DNA of 47,469 nt, taken from positions 1 through 47,469 of the forward strand of contig JBEWZL010000018.1 in NCBI GenBank assembly GCA_045837725.1, read 5' to 3'. Numbering within the stretch: position 1 is the first letter of the stretch; every line of letters starts with the position of its first letter. Below, piece after piece: positions 12,141 to 25,266 of the stretch. The stretch is from Vermamoeba vermiformis (taxonomy: Eukaryota). The position numbers were made by a program, and so were the translations under genes. The notes below the pieces were generated by a model. That model saw only the letters and a program-made list of their open reading frames with translations. It made no database searches and was not told the DNA's origin.

Positions 12141-12486
12141 CCGGCACTTTAACTGAAGTGCTGCAGCCTTGCAGTCGTGCGTTGATCGGCATTGCTAGTG
12201 CTTTTATAATTACGGGCATTATTTTATTGTCAGTGTATGCTAGATTTAATTCTTACCCTAATCCAGGTTAGTATCAATTTTTAAAAAGCAAAGCAAATCC
12301 GTTAACTTGCGGATGTCCAGCTAAAAATCAGCGTTTGCTGCAATATTCAATTTAATATAAGTGGTATTTAACATTATTTTTTGGTACAATTTAGATGCTT
12401 TCATAATTTCGGGCGGTGTTCTACTTGGTTTTGGCGGTTTGCTATTGGTGGTTGGAATTTCTTTGTTAATTTGCTCTCGAAAGTAA
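12135..12486 (+). pseudogene. 3' part of a small membrane-protein gene lacking its start; includes copy B of the 98-bp duplication
   Basis: FAGTLTEV..IILLSVYARFNSYPNP, GT-AG intron, DAFIISGGVLLGFGGLLLVVGISLLICSRK-stop; the matching MGRGGKK start is at 4263 on the minus strand. Confidence 0.7.
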
Positions 12487-12538
12487 TATCCAATTTAATA
12501 GTAATAATAATGTAAATAAATGTAGTTAACTTTTATTA

Positions 12539-14648
12539 TTATTTTCTACGGAACATGTCAAAGACATTTTTAATCGTCGATTTTACCGTTGGTGTCACTA
12601 AACGAATAATAGTCGTTATTAAATAATACTAATAATAGAATTCAAATTTAACTGCCTCAACTTACCTCCGAGCTCATCCAAATACGCCAGTATGTTTACA
12701 TGACCTTTGCTCTTGGCTTTATGATACAGCTCGGGACTAAGCTTCATCTTACCACAGTGCACCATGTAACGCAACAGATCGACGTCATCACTGGTCGATT
12801 TATCGATGGCATCAGGTGACCACCGATCTTTTTATTGAAGAAAGTTAATGCACCGTGAAAAATGTCGAATGACACGTGTCACTTTTTGACACTTTGACAC
12901 TTTTGACTTACATTTGTGTTCGTGTGCGTATTTATAGCAAAGGGTATTGCCATATTCACAACCAATGGAGAATTTGATGCCTGTAGTTGAAAATTTAATC
13001 GCAATTAGTAGGAAGCGAAAATAACAGTTTTTCTGACACCAAATGTACCTTGCTTGAGCAACCAAGCCATTGACGACACATTCCTCGATTGAGTTGCAAT
13101 AACGACATGCTGTTCATCGAATTTAGCGCCGTGTTGTTTCATCCATTCAAGCACTTTGAGTGTTTCTACAGACGCAAGCGTGAGAGGTAGTCTCAACATG
13201 GAATCCTCGATCTCGAACTTCTCGATGTTGTACATGTACTCCAAAAAATCGACACCATAGCGATAGGTCAACCCCATTTCGACGTACTCAGCGTGAGTTT
13301 TTAATCTCGGTCCGAGATTTTTCTCCATGACGTACTTCACGCAATCAAAATTTGCACTAATAGCGGCCTGTAATACATCTATTCGATCTCCGTCTTCATA
13401 CTCTTTAGTATCAGTATCATAATGTTGCTCTTCAATGCACCACTTCAAAAATTCTAGATCTGCGGATTCGGCCGCTAAAGTGCCAAGAGCGTTGGGTCTG
13501 TTCACCTTGTTCACCATTGTTAAATACTCTAATATGTCCTTTTGAGCGTTTTCAGCTGCTCTTGAGAAGATTTCGGGCAATAAAACAGCGTCAGGTACAT
13601 GTTCCACGAGATATTTCAACACATCCAAAGATCCGACTGTTTCGACGGGGTATGGAATTTGCGCGCCATTCTCTATCAAGTATTTCAAGCAGTCTAAAGC
13701 GCCGTGTATTATTGCGTAGTATGCTGCTTCGCCACAAGGTGCACCGTTTTCATGGGCGTACTTCAACATCTCCAAGTCGTTCGCTTGCACTGCATTCTGG
13801 CTCGCGTAAGTCTTCCATTCGAGTCCTCGCTCATTCAGAAATTTCGCCGCTTCAAGGCTCCGAACAATGATGCAGTTCACGGGACAGCCTTCCTCCACGG
13901 CATATTTCAAGCACTCGAAACGATTGCAATTTGAAGCCATGTGTGGTATATTATCGTCCCATGGATATCCGTTCTCGTGCAAGTACTTTAAGACGTGCAC
14001 GTGTCCTGCACTAGCTGCAATACAACACAACGTTACGCCGTGGTTGGTCTTCATGTCAATCTTGTTGCTGATGTTCTCGAGACAGTACTTGAGCATTTCT
14101 AGGTTGCCAATGCGGGCTGCTTCATTAGCCACTTGTAGGTTCAATCGACATCCGTTATTTCGCAGAAATTTCAAGGCCTCAAGTTGATTGTTCACAGCAG
14201 CGGTGATTGCGAGATCTGTCGTGAAAAAGAAGTTCAACGACTTCAAATACTCCAAGCATGATATACTGCCAAGCTTGATGAAGTAAGCAGCGCATTCATT
14301 CTGATCGAGAACGAAGTGTTTGGGAAACGGATGCAGATCCAAGTGCGAGTTGAACAAAGACTTGCATGAAGATCGAAGCATTAAAGCATCGAAATGATTA
14401 GTGTGGCTTATGATAATCTTCATTATCTCATTTGGCACTCCTAACAAGCCCTGGCTATCCTAAAAAAATAAAATTAAATATTGAAAATTTCGCAAAAAAA
14501 TTGCCGTGGTGCTAGTTGCTATTAGGGCGCCAAAAATGAAACAACTAAATTAAATGACAAATTTATTGCCTACTGAAATTAAATTTCGGTTGATCGGGAA
14601 TAAAAATTACATTTTAAAATCCTTACCTGCGTAGCCTTGACCGGCCAT
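12539..14648 (-). CDS. Ankyrin-repeat protein with an F-box-like N-terminus, multi-exon
   Basis: Repeated AA..GNLEMLKY / LKYLHENGYPWD / LKYAHENGAP units; N-terminal VPNEIMKIII..LRSSCKSL. Confidence 0.8.
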
Positions 14649-14913
14649 CTGTGCCCTTTGCGTAAAGCTTTTTTCATTATAGGCGTGAGTGGTTGACTAT
14701 ACAGTAATAAATTCCAATGACCAAAATCCGTGCAATGTTGTTCCTCTATTGTGAGTTTGGGAACGAGCGACGTGTGTACTGAAAATGATGCCTATATTAT
14801 TAGCGATTCCTCCATATAAATTATTATTAGTATTAAGCAAAAAATAATTGATGACGGCAAAATTAAGGTTTTTATTGCAATAACTCGACAAAAAATCGTT
14901 CTTCAAATTCTGC

Positions 14914-15354
14914 TCAGATCTGGCGATAATCCGTCGGCGAAGGGTGACCGGAGACTCTTCTTAAGCCAATAATCGCGATACAAATTGAAACAGCAGCTAA
15001 TACGGCACCAGGAAGGGAGAATACGTAGCAGAGGTAGAGCAGATCGCCAAGCAGAGGACCAAACACGATAATATTGACGACGAGAGTGGCGATCCAAATT
15101 AATTCCAGTAAAATAGCCATAATTAACACCATGATCCAAATAGCAGGTTTGTTGAACGCATCCACACCCGGATCTTGAGCATTTTTCTTCTCTTTCATGA
15201 GCCCGACGAAGCTCATTACTAGGCCGGCAATAGCGCCACATCCAGCGATAAATAGGGCCATATGATATCCTACGATAAGGAGCTGCGGGATCCACACGGC
15301 GAGTTGAGCTAATCCAAGGAAGCCGCTGAGAATAACAAGACCTCGTAATTGCAT
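14914..15354 (-). CDS. Small multi-pass membrane protein of unknown function
   Basis: 146-aa ATG-started ORF with about four hydrophobic segments. Confidence 0.65.
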   Translation of the reverse strand: MQLRGLVILSGFLGLAQLAVWIPQLLIVGYHMALFIAGCGAIAGLVMSFVGLMKEKKNAQDPGVDAFNKPAIWIMVLIMAILLELIWIATLVVNIIVFGPLLGDLLYLCYVFSLPGAVLAAVSICIAIIGLRRVSGHPSPTDYRQI

Positions 15355-15771
15355 ATTTGAAGGTTGTAATCAATTTCGAAGTGCTATATTAAATAACAAT
15401 AAATCGCTTCATTTTTAAATGTTTTCGATTCACAAATTTACATTCCTAAGAAAAGGATTTGTTGGTCCAGGCGAAAAGTGATTTTCGAAAATTAATAATA
15501 GGGAACCGATTACCTACATTGTGATAGATGAATCTAGAAGGTTGCATCGAAAATTTGGAGAAAGATTCAGATCTGGATTCAAGTGACCTGGGGTCCCCTT
15601 ATCCGAAACTATTTTGCTTTCAATAGAATAATAATATATTCTTTTACGTATTATTTAGCCGAATAAAGTCATAAATGTTTGCCGAACGTCGCGCTCCATC
15701 CAACACTTTTAAAAAAAAGTAATATCAAATAGAGCGTTTATAGCAATTCTGGAATTTAAATAATACTAGTA

Positions 15772-18055
15772 TTATATATTATTATTATTATTGCTTGGCT
15801 TATCTGGATAAATCGTGTCCAAACGGCTGTGCTCGATTCCTCGGTCAATACTGCCCACAGCAACAACATGCCACTTTTGATTCATAATCACGAATCGACC
15901 GCACGCGTCAGTATAATCAGGATTGCGTGTCGTAAGATTCAGCGTAGTAACGGGTGCTAGTGGCTGTAGAATAACTTCCGCTTTTTCACCTACATCCGAC
16001 GTCAGATCAGTTAACCCGACCAAATGCTTGGGTTTCAAAAATTTTCAATAAAATTATAAAATAGTACGAATATAATTATTAAATAATAACGAATCACTCG
16101 TCGATTCTTCCTACGGATCGGATCTGGATCCGGATCCAATTTTAATGACTAAATTTTTGCGCTACGTACCTTTCATAATACCAAAACATTTTCTCTCTTC
16201 TTTTAATGTCTTAATATCGAGCTCATTGCCATTTTTGTCCCACACAGTCAAAATTTTTGCAACAGTTATGCTAGCGCGAATGCCGAGACTATGAATTGCA
16301 CCATTATAGCCCTATACTCTAGTTAGCATTACCTTATTTGGTTATTGAAGTTAAATTTAATTACCTCCGTTATTAGGCCGTTCCATTTGTACTCTGGCAA
16401 AATGTCGCCAACGTTCAAAAGTACAGCGTGAAAGAGTTTGTTATATTGACCAGTGTAAAAATATTCTTTAGTTATCACAGTTGATGGATAACGAACGAAA
16501 TGATATTTCTGCAAATGTTAGTTGTCACATCTAGCCTGCTACACAAAAAAAGAATTACTCGTAATGGCGGACATTGGACACTCAAAGCAAGCGTTACGTA
16601 AGAACTAGAAAATATAGCATTAGTATTAACATAAGTACTTTTCAAAGGGATTGTGACTTACTTTGCTAAAGCCATTGAACGTGAATTGTGATTCGATTGG
16701 ATCGCGATGACTTGGGCTGGGACAAAATTTTTCCTGTCGTAATAACCGAAATAGCCAAATATAGCCTCTATGACGGGCAGCTTATTGACTCCTGTTGGAA
16801 AGACCTGAATGTTATCACCGACAGAAACGCATCCGTCTGTTCTATAATTAGTGGCAAGCAAAATATGACTTGTATCATACCAATTATATAAACACCAACG
16901 ACGTGCAGTCCTTTTTTGCTCAAATTCGGGAAATGTTTCACTATTGACGCGTTGAATTTTGTAAAGAGTTTGTTGATTGACGGAGCCGCTGGTTCATTTG
17001 CAACATGGTTCAAAACACTCCATAATCCCATGCCAGTATTGTACCACGTCATATTAGTGCTTGTATCACTAGTCATTGGTGTTGACATGCCCTGAATACT
17101 CATTGGAATGAAGTGCATGCGATCCAAGCGGTGAGCACCGATCACTTTGACCGCGACCTTTTTGATGCTGTCTACGCATTTGGTATACTCTGATATATTA
17201 ATTGATGTTAGATATAGTTAATAGCCGACATCTATAGTACTACCTTGCTCGCTATATTGTACTAGATCCATTTTGTTGATAACAAATATCCACTCAACAT
17301 TGCTAGTCAGCGCGTGGTACGTGACCAGATCTTGACGCAACTTTGCTTTGAATTGCTCTATATCACCACAAGCAACTACGTATATGATTGCTTGACACTA
17401 GCATTACAAAATTAGAACTGATTCAAGAAAGTTGGTACCGGCACATCCGTGGATGGCGCGTTGACTTACTGCTCCGCAATTGGCATACATCATCTTGACT
17501 TGGTTTTTCCTCGTAGAACCGTGCCATATATTCGCTCGAATGTTTTGGAGCTGAATTCCGTTGATCTGATAAGTATTATCGTTGACGAGTTTTAATGGCA
17601 GAGTTGTGGCTTCTTTTGCTATTGATAAATTTTTAATGCGTGCGGAAAAGTCTAATTCATCTTTTAGTCGGCTGTAGAGCGTTGTGCTTCCTAAATGTAA
17701 AATTATTAATTAAAATTTCTTCGCCTAGGTACAAATTTGCCGCCATATTTTACCGTTAAATATTAATGTAATACAATAATTATTGGAATTAAAATATTAC
17801 CTGCACCAGGTAAACCAGTAACAAGAATATTTAATGAATTAGGCGCTGCTAGCCCGTCCGATAGTGTGGCTTGAATCAAATTAGCAGTTGCTTTCGAGGA
17901 CCTAAATTATTATTATTAATTCCGTTAAAAGGTTAGTCGAACAAGTAAGGCAGATGTGCCTACCTAGCGAGGCTTCGGATAATTGTATTCAGTGGCAAAT
18001 AAGAGAAGATCTTTGAATTGATCTCTCTAGGTAATACGCTAAAATAAGAAGCCAT
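15772..18055 (-). CDS. F-box-like N-terminus plus divergent EF-1alpha/eRF3/HBS1-like GTPase fold, multi-exon
   Basis: FSVLPREINSKIFSYLP; LNILVTGLPGAGSTT; FVINKMDLVQYSE; FIPMS..NMTWY; GEKAEVILQP..CGRFVI..VVAVGSI. Confidence 0.7.
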
Positions 18056-18193
18056 GTTCGTAGTGGTTACTTGTTAACGGCACAAATAAAATTCAGATGC
18101 GTTGCGATTCAATAATAGTTTTATTACTGGGATGGTGGACAAATGTTCCCAGCCACCCTGATTGCATGACAAAACTATGCTTATGACTATTAA

Positions 18194-18922
18194 TTAAATG
18201 TAAGTAATATCCCAGTGGTTGCTTTCACGAGCGTAAATGTTGCCAGCTGCGGATCTGTATTGTGCAGCACCATCAGAGCGACGACCAATGCTAGTAAAGG
18301 TACGGGTAATGTAGCTATCGATGCAGTTGTTCAAAGCAACGTCGACCTTGTAGCCATTCCAGTGAGACATAGCGTTAGGGCGGCCAGCATGACCAGTCTA
18401 TCGAACGAGAGCCTATTAATTACGGAATAAACAGCATAATAGTTTTTCTTTAGGTCATATTTAAAGAGTAAATCGAAGATAAGTTAAAAGTAACGATTTC
18501 AAGCGATTTTCGAATTGGTTTGACATTTGACCGTTTGATAAATCTCGTAGGAGGTTACAAAGTGCCACCATAAGGATATTAAATCAATTAATACTGACCT
18601 CAGTTCCTCCAGTAATGGTGATCGAGCAGCCTGAAGCGTGACGGAGAGTAATAACGCCAGTGATAGTTTGAACGCGGATGGTATCCAAAGAAGTGCAACG
18701 AGCGTTGTTTCTGTCGCTGCAACCTCCGCTCGATGATATGCCAATGCCTGTTGATGGATTAGTATCAAAATTGAATCAATTTCTGAATCCAAAAAACCGG
18801 ATGGTTTCAAACTTACCAGCGGCGCGAACGCGAGCTAGAGCTTCAGCATGGGATAGGCGTTGAGCATAAGCAATGGAAAAGATGGAGAGCAAGACAGTAG
18901 CATAAAAGATAGCGTATTTCAT
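18194..18922 (-). CDS. Small secreted protein, three exons, possible zinc peptidase
   Basis: Signal peptide MKYAIFYATVLLSIFSIAYA; SSSGGCSDRNNARCTSL..ITGGTE..GH..SHWNGYKVD..ESNHWDITY. Confidence 0.75.
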
Positions 18923-19802
18923 TGTTAGGCGTCGAATAGAGGATCGATCTATTGTTCTAGGTGCTGCGCAGTTCAAAAGTGAAGTAAAATGACAAATACC
19001 AGAGCGTCCGGGTAATTAATTGGACAATTAACGTCATTAATCATTATTGCACGCGTTGGAAAGCGATTCAATCATGGCAAAGTACAAAAAATCCCACGTT
19101 TGTGTTTTGGCGTATTATCTCATTCCGAAATGTAAATAAACAAATATCCACAATACGAACCTTATTTGTGCTATCTGGTATCTGGTGTTAAATGGCGATA
19201 GAACTGTACTAAAATAAGGTAAGATCGGATAGAATCAAATTAATTTACAACTGCTTTTCCTGTGATTATTGATAAAGAATTTTTCGTTTAATTTTTGAAT
19301 TGAATTTTTCCTATTTTTTTGGCTAGGGTATTTAAAAATTAATATTATTAAATATTTTTATGCAGATCAAGATTTTTATCAGCCTACCTTGGAGGAGAGA
19401 CAAACTACGTACGAGTTTACAAGAAATGACATATTTGATTTGGAGATTGTCCTTGATCTCCCGTCATGTTTGTTGCGATTAATGCTGAAAAATTGAGGCC
19501 TGCAAGCACGCATTTTCCTTCTCACCTTGCGATCAACTTAGATTTTCAATATTGTTCCAGGTACTAGACAATCTATTATAATAGATCTTCAATTGGGAGC
19601 ATCACAGACCAAAGTAAGTTTTGAGACACTAATCACTTTGAAGATTTTCTTAAATCGCCATAGCATATCTACGATATTAGGTGATCTCACAATAAGAGAA
19701 ACGGCAGATTCTAGAAATGGGGAAAAGGGGAAAAGGGGCCCGTGAGTTCAATCACCAAAATTTAAATAGCACAAACACCTAGACCATGAATAAGCAGCGA
19801 AG

Positions 19803-21779
19803 ATGTTGAACACAATATTGATCGGCATATTAGTAGTATTATTATCAATTTACTTGATATTTAAGAAGATCTTTCCGGATACAGCACCCCACATCCCGGG
19901 TATATCCGTTTGGCCGCAAGCATTTAACATTGCAAAATTTCAAGGTTATCTGGCACAGCAGGCCATAAAGCATGGCGGTCCGTTTTTTAAGGTTCAAACT
20001 ATTCAATCGGCGATCGTAGTCACGCAACCAGAATCCGCCAAGGTAAGTCGACTTAGCACGCTTTCCATAAAAACTACATAATATGTAATTAATTTGATTT
20101 ATTTAGTGGGTACTTTCAGAGTTGGAAGTATTTCCTAAAGCGCAAGCGCCTTTCGTCAAAGCAGTAAAAGATCTGCTAGACTACAATATTGTTTCTGCAA
20201 ACGGAGAGGAATGGAGGTACGCAATATGCTATATTAATGTTGCATTATAGCAGCGCAAGTACATAGCAAGCGAGATCTAATTCTTTGCCAAATTAGGAAA
20301 TACCGAAGTGTACTCAGTCCTCCGTTTCATTTTGATGCGATAAAGCAATGGGCTGATATATTTAGAACTGAATCGGAGACGCTATGCAATATATTCGAGG
20401 CGAACATTGAAAAACCAATCAATGTTTCGGAATGGCTTCCTAGATTCACGATCGATGTACTAGGTACAACTTAACCTTTTATATAAACATTAATATTCAT
20501 ACTTTGATTATTAGGAAAGACAGCATTTAGTTACAACTTCGATGCGATGCACGGGAATAGCGACGAGAACTTGCGAACTATGAATGCGATCTTGACTGGG
20601 TTGGACGACGTAAAACACTTGATCTGTGGATTGGTATGACTTAGCAATAAATAATAGCCTATTAATAACATCTTTTAGATCGAAAAGAAGTTCGGATTCA
20701 ATCCAGTACCCAGATTCACTCGCGATGGTGTAAACTTCAAGAATTTTTTGAAGAAATTGATTGAAGTAAGCATTAACGTGAAATTCCGATACTAAGTATG
20801 TTAATTAATGATGATCTACAGGAAAAGAGAAGAAATCCCTCCAAAGTGCAGTCAGATTTTGTCGATACATTACTCGCTGCAGATCCGCCTTTTTCAGACG
20901 ACGTTGTAAGTCCAAATAACCTATATAACAAGTAATATACCTAATATTATTACTCTAGATTATATCGAATGTGTTTATTATGATCGTTGCTGGTCATGAA
21001 ACTACGGGTAAGATCCAAAAATCATTTCCGCATTTGATTAACGACTGAATAGCTACCGCTTTGGCGTGGTTAATATACCATTTATGTAAGCACCCTGAAA
21101 TACAAGAGAAGGTTCAACAAGAGATCTTGACCAAGATCGGCAAAAACGCCGCAGTAACGAAAGACAATACTAAAGAGGTATGCAACGCGATAATATAGTA
21201 TATAAATAATTCTCGTATTATAGTTGAGCTATTTATCGCGCGTTTTGAAAGAAAATCTTCGTATTCAACCTCCTGCGGCGATGTTACCGACAAGACGAGT
21301 GGATCGCGACTGCGAGTTTGAAGGAGTTAAAATACCAAAAGGAGTATGCTTATAGGATAAATCACGTTCTAGATTAACGATCCTAATAGGCACTAATGTG
21401 GCTTGGAATCTACGCTATCCACCACAACCCTGCGTACTGGTCACATCCAGAACAATTTGACCCTGATCGATTCGAGCGCAGCGAACCATCTCATCCATTC
21501 GCTTATTTACCCTTTTCATTGAGAAGCCGCGCTTGGTAAGTAATAAGTTCGTTACTGCAATTTTTCGTAACGGATCAGATCTCTGTTGATCGAGATACAA
21601 GAGCTTTATTAATTTGAAATTGTTATAGCTTAGGCAACAACTTCTCAATGATGGAACAGATTATTTTCGCAGCTTGCTTCTTCCAGAGATTTCAAGCGCG
21701 GTTGCTCGAGTTTGAGACGGCAGCAAGCTTCGTACTGAATACACCTAAGAAGGTTGTCGTACAATTAAGTAAAGTCTAA
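19803..21779 (+). CDS. Cytochrome P450, multi-exon
   Basis: N-terminal membrane anchor; AGHETT; ExxR in KENLR; FDPDRF; heme motif PFSLRSRACLG across an intron. Confidence 0.92.
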
Positions 21780-22355
21780 TGAGCGAAGACAATACACTCT
21801 AAATGCTACAGCGAGTAAAATGTACCGTTCACTGAACCGAAATTAACCTAATTTAATCCTGGTTGAAAAAATTAGCTTAGATCTATTAGGCTTACTAAAA
21901 TTCATCGATGGCACTCCGCAGCAGCATTGTAAGGTTATGTTACAATCTGCGCAGAAAGATTAATTTTATGAATAATCCGTTTTTACCTTTATGCTTCGTC
22001 ACCGTGCGCCATTAGTTGCCACAGAGCCGTAATAATTTAGCCATAATTATGTTGCAAACTCAGATCGACGAGCAGATGCAGCAAAATCCAGCTTGAAATA
22101 GCTGAAGCAAAATTTAAAGCCCGCAGGAAAAAGAAAGCGTCATCTTTCATATTAAAAATTAAGAAAAATATAATGCAGGGCAAAATTGATACCTTTTGTG
22201 CAGATCTTGTTTGGTCTTGCTAAAAACGCAATTCAGCTAACAGAAATTTTAATTTTATGAACTGACACCAAAACAACACAACTGTTCAGATTCTGAAGAG
22301 CACATCACTATTTATACGGTGCCACCTATTTTTATTTATTTGTCGGTAGAATAAG

Positions 22356-24669
22356 ATGAGTGACACGAACGGATCTGGTGATCACCTAAAAAGTGCCGAT
22401 GAGGCAAAAGAACGAAGAAAATCGAGGTTTTTACGTCATAATAAATCAAGGGAACGTGACCACGAGAAAGATAAGGAAGAAAGAGGTTCTCCTAACGGAT
22501 CTAAGCCGACTAGCAACGAATTCAAGATCGAAGAACTTTTGCAACGAAGAGATAGCCACGGCCATGATGATATAAGTACTAAACCTAGGTCTGGTAGTTC
22601 ATCAAATAGCCATACGTCTCCGAGGAAGATGGCTCCACCGCCCCACATCCCGCTCAACAGCATAGTTCGAGATTACCATACTGACTCCGCAGACCATAAA
22701 GTCACATTCGATGCTGATTTAAATTCATCTGAAGATGTTAGCGCTATGGAGAGCTTCAGTGAAGCAAGCTTTAGCGAGAAGAGTTTTAGTTTTAGAGAAA
22801 GAAGTGGGACAACGGATACGATTGATACAGAGGCCAGAAAAAAACGGGCACGTGCCAAACATTATAGGTATGTTTATTAGAATATTAGAATATTATTATG
22901 AAAATTTTTTGAATCGATAGAATTAATTTAGAAATTCAAATTCAACGTTCGACAACAAAACAAACATTAAACACGAAACATTGAAATTGCATCAATTTTA
23001 TTATCGTTGGTCATTTTATTCGCAAATAACTGCGATATTGACTAATGTGACGGAAGCGAAGAAAATTTTTTTTGCTACTATGACGTTAACTAGCAATCTC
23101 AAATTTTAATAGCCGCAAATAATCCCCTAGATATTCTGCAGCTACTTAGATTTATCGAAATTGAATTTACAAGTCAATCAAGCGAACTAATATTTTTCTA
23201 AATTAGGAAACTCGAGATAAATCGCAGGTCAATGTCCGAGAACAACGGACCTCCACCCGACGAGCGTGTCAAAATTAACGTGGGCGGAAAATTATTCGAA
23301 ACATACGTATCAACTTTAAGGTACTTATTTGGCAACCGGACAAAACTTTTAATTAATAGCGAGATTAAGGATTCTTAATATGATGTCAGAACGAACTTAA
23401 CTTCATAACTATATTAACGTTGTTATGATAATAATTAAGTTGACATATTTCTATTATTTGTAGGAAGCATCCGGACACGTTGTTAGGCGCCATGTTTCAT
23501 CCACGAAATGCTGAAATGTTAAAGAACAGGTACGTCCATTTCGATAACTCTCTATAGTAATAGGGACCTTTAATATATCTCATTAATAGTACTGTGTTGT
23601 GATTATTAGTATTGGAGTTTCGTAGCCGCGAAGTTACGGATCCAAATTTCTTCCAAAATTCATCAATAATTTAACTTTCGATACTATTCAGATACTGTTT
23701 ACTAATATCGACATACATTATAGTAAGGATGAGAATGGCCACATTTTCTTTGACAGAAATCCTCGGTGTTTTGAAGCTCTGCTGGATTACTACCGCACGA
23801 ACAAATTAATTCCGTCGCCAGATATTCCGCTCGAGTTATTGAAAGAAGAATTGGATTTCTTTCAAATGGACATTGAAGAGTACAGCGACAACAAACGACT
23901 GTCGGTAGAGCTCATGAAACTCGAGTACCAGTACGTACAGAACTACAATAATAATATAATACATAATACCTAATAATGCTTTATTTCCATAATTAACATT
24001 TCATGAACGCGTTATTTTAAGGATCCGTAGACAAAATTCTTAAAATTCTTAACATTAGATCTACGGTCCATGACTTGTGATGTTGCCAAAACAATATTTA
24101 TATGTATTATAAGAATTGCTGATGTAATAATTAAACTTTAATAGGCGCAAGATTCATAGTGCAGACGAATACCGACGCATGGCACGATCCAAGTTGTTAG
24201 CGGACCATCACGAGACACTGATCAAAATCTTAGAATTAATTCACAAAAAGATCGAGAAAGAAGCGAAGAATGGACGCAATAGTTGCATTGTATCGTTTTT
24301 CTCGCCTCTGCATTATACGGACAGCACATCCCGCGAGATTTTCAACGTTGTCTCCTTAGATGTAAGTTTTATCCCTAATAATGCAATCATATTATATAAC
24401 TCGAACAATTTCATTATTGATTTGTTCGAAATCGAAAATTGTGTCGATGCGGATTCAATTCGGAGCCGATAAATTGTTGGATCTGGTCTAATTGATTGTC
24501 ACTTTAGGAAATGAGAGAAATTATCATGGAGTTGATGAAAGAAAAGAGTTTTCATATGAGCCAGACCTTTGAATACTCAAAAACAAAAGCTACGAATATT
24601 ATTGGTCTGTCAGATCAAGTGACCAATTACAACGACCCTAAATTCTTTTCGTTTACCGTCAAGTGGTAG
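22356..24669 (+). CDS. BTB/POZ (KCTD/T1-type) protein with a disordered N-terminus, multi-exon
   Basis: RVKINVGGKLFETY..TL..HPDTLLGAMF..FFDRNPRCFEALLDYYRT..LLKEELDFF. Confidence 0.88.
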
Positions 24670-25266
24670 AACTTTCCTGCATTATTAATCTCCTTGTAAT
24701 ATAGCTTTGTAATAAATACCTGTTTCCTTCAAGATATTCGATCGCGATTTATTTCGGATACAGATACAACAACCATGTAGATATTAGATTTGAATAATAC
24801 AGAAAACGATAAACTCCAACTAGGAATTATCAAATTGAGCGTTTCTGGGTCGACCCAATTACACATCCGAGATGCACGAACAACCAGTACTGCTTGCTAA
24901 ATAAGGTAAAATAAGGTACATAATTTTAACCTTTTTGTCTTTTAAATCTTTTTGCCTGCAGATTCAGATCATAATTTTGATTTTTTTTTAAATGAAATCA
25001 AAATTCTATTCGGTTTACTACACGTGTGCAATTTACGCAAATTATGTCGGAAAAAATTATTAACGATTTTTTAGGTAATTTCGTATTTCGCGGTTGTTGC
25101 TGCCCAAGCAGCTGCGGAATTGCGGATTTAGAGAAAAAGTCAAATTCCCTAATTCCGCTGGTACAATATTTAATGATCAAGTGGCTTATATCGCTCAAAT
25201 AATCTGTTAGAGTAACGTAAGCAAACTATTTCTTTTGCTAATCGCCTGTTGACTCGAATCTGGGAG

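Noticed and set aside
13517-14187. Plus-strand ORFs opposite the ankyrin gene, and similar antisense ORFs over the ABCA, fasciclin and small-gene loci
   Set aside because: Shadow ORFs of well-supported genes on the other strand
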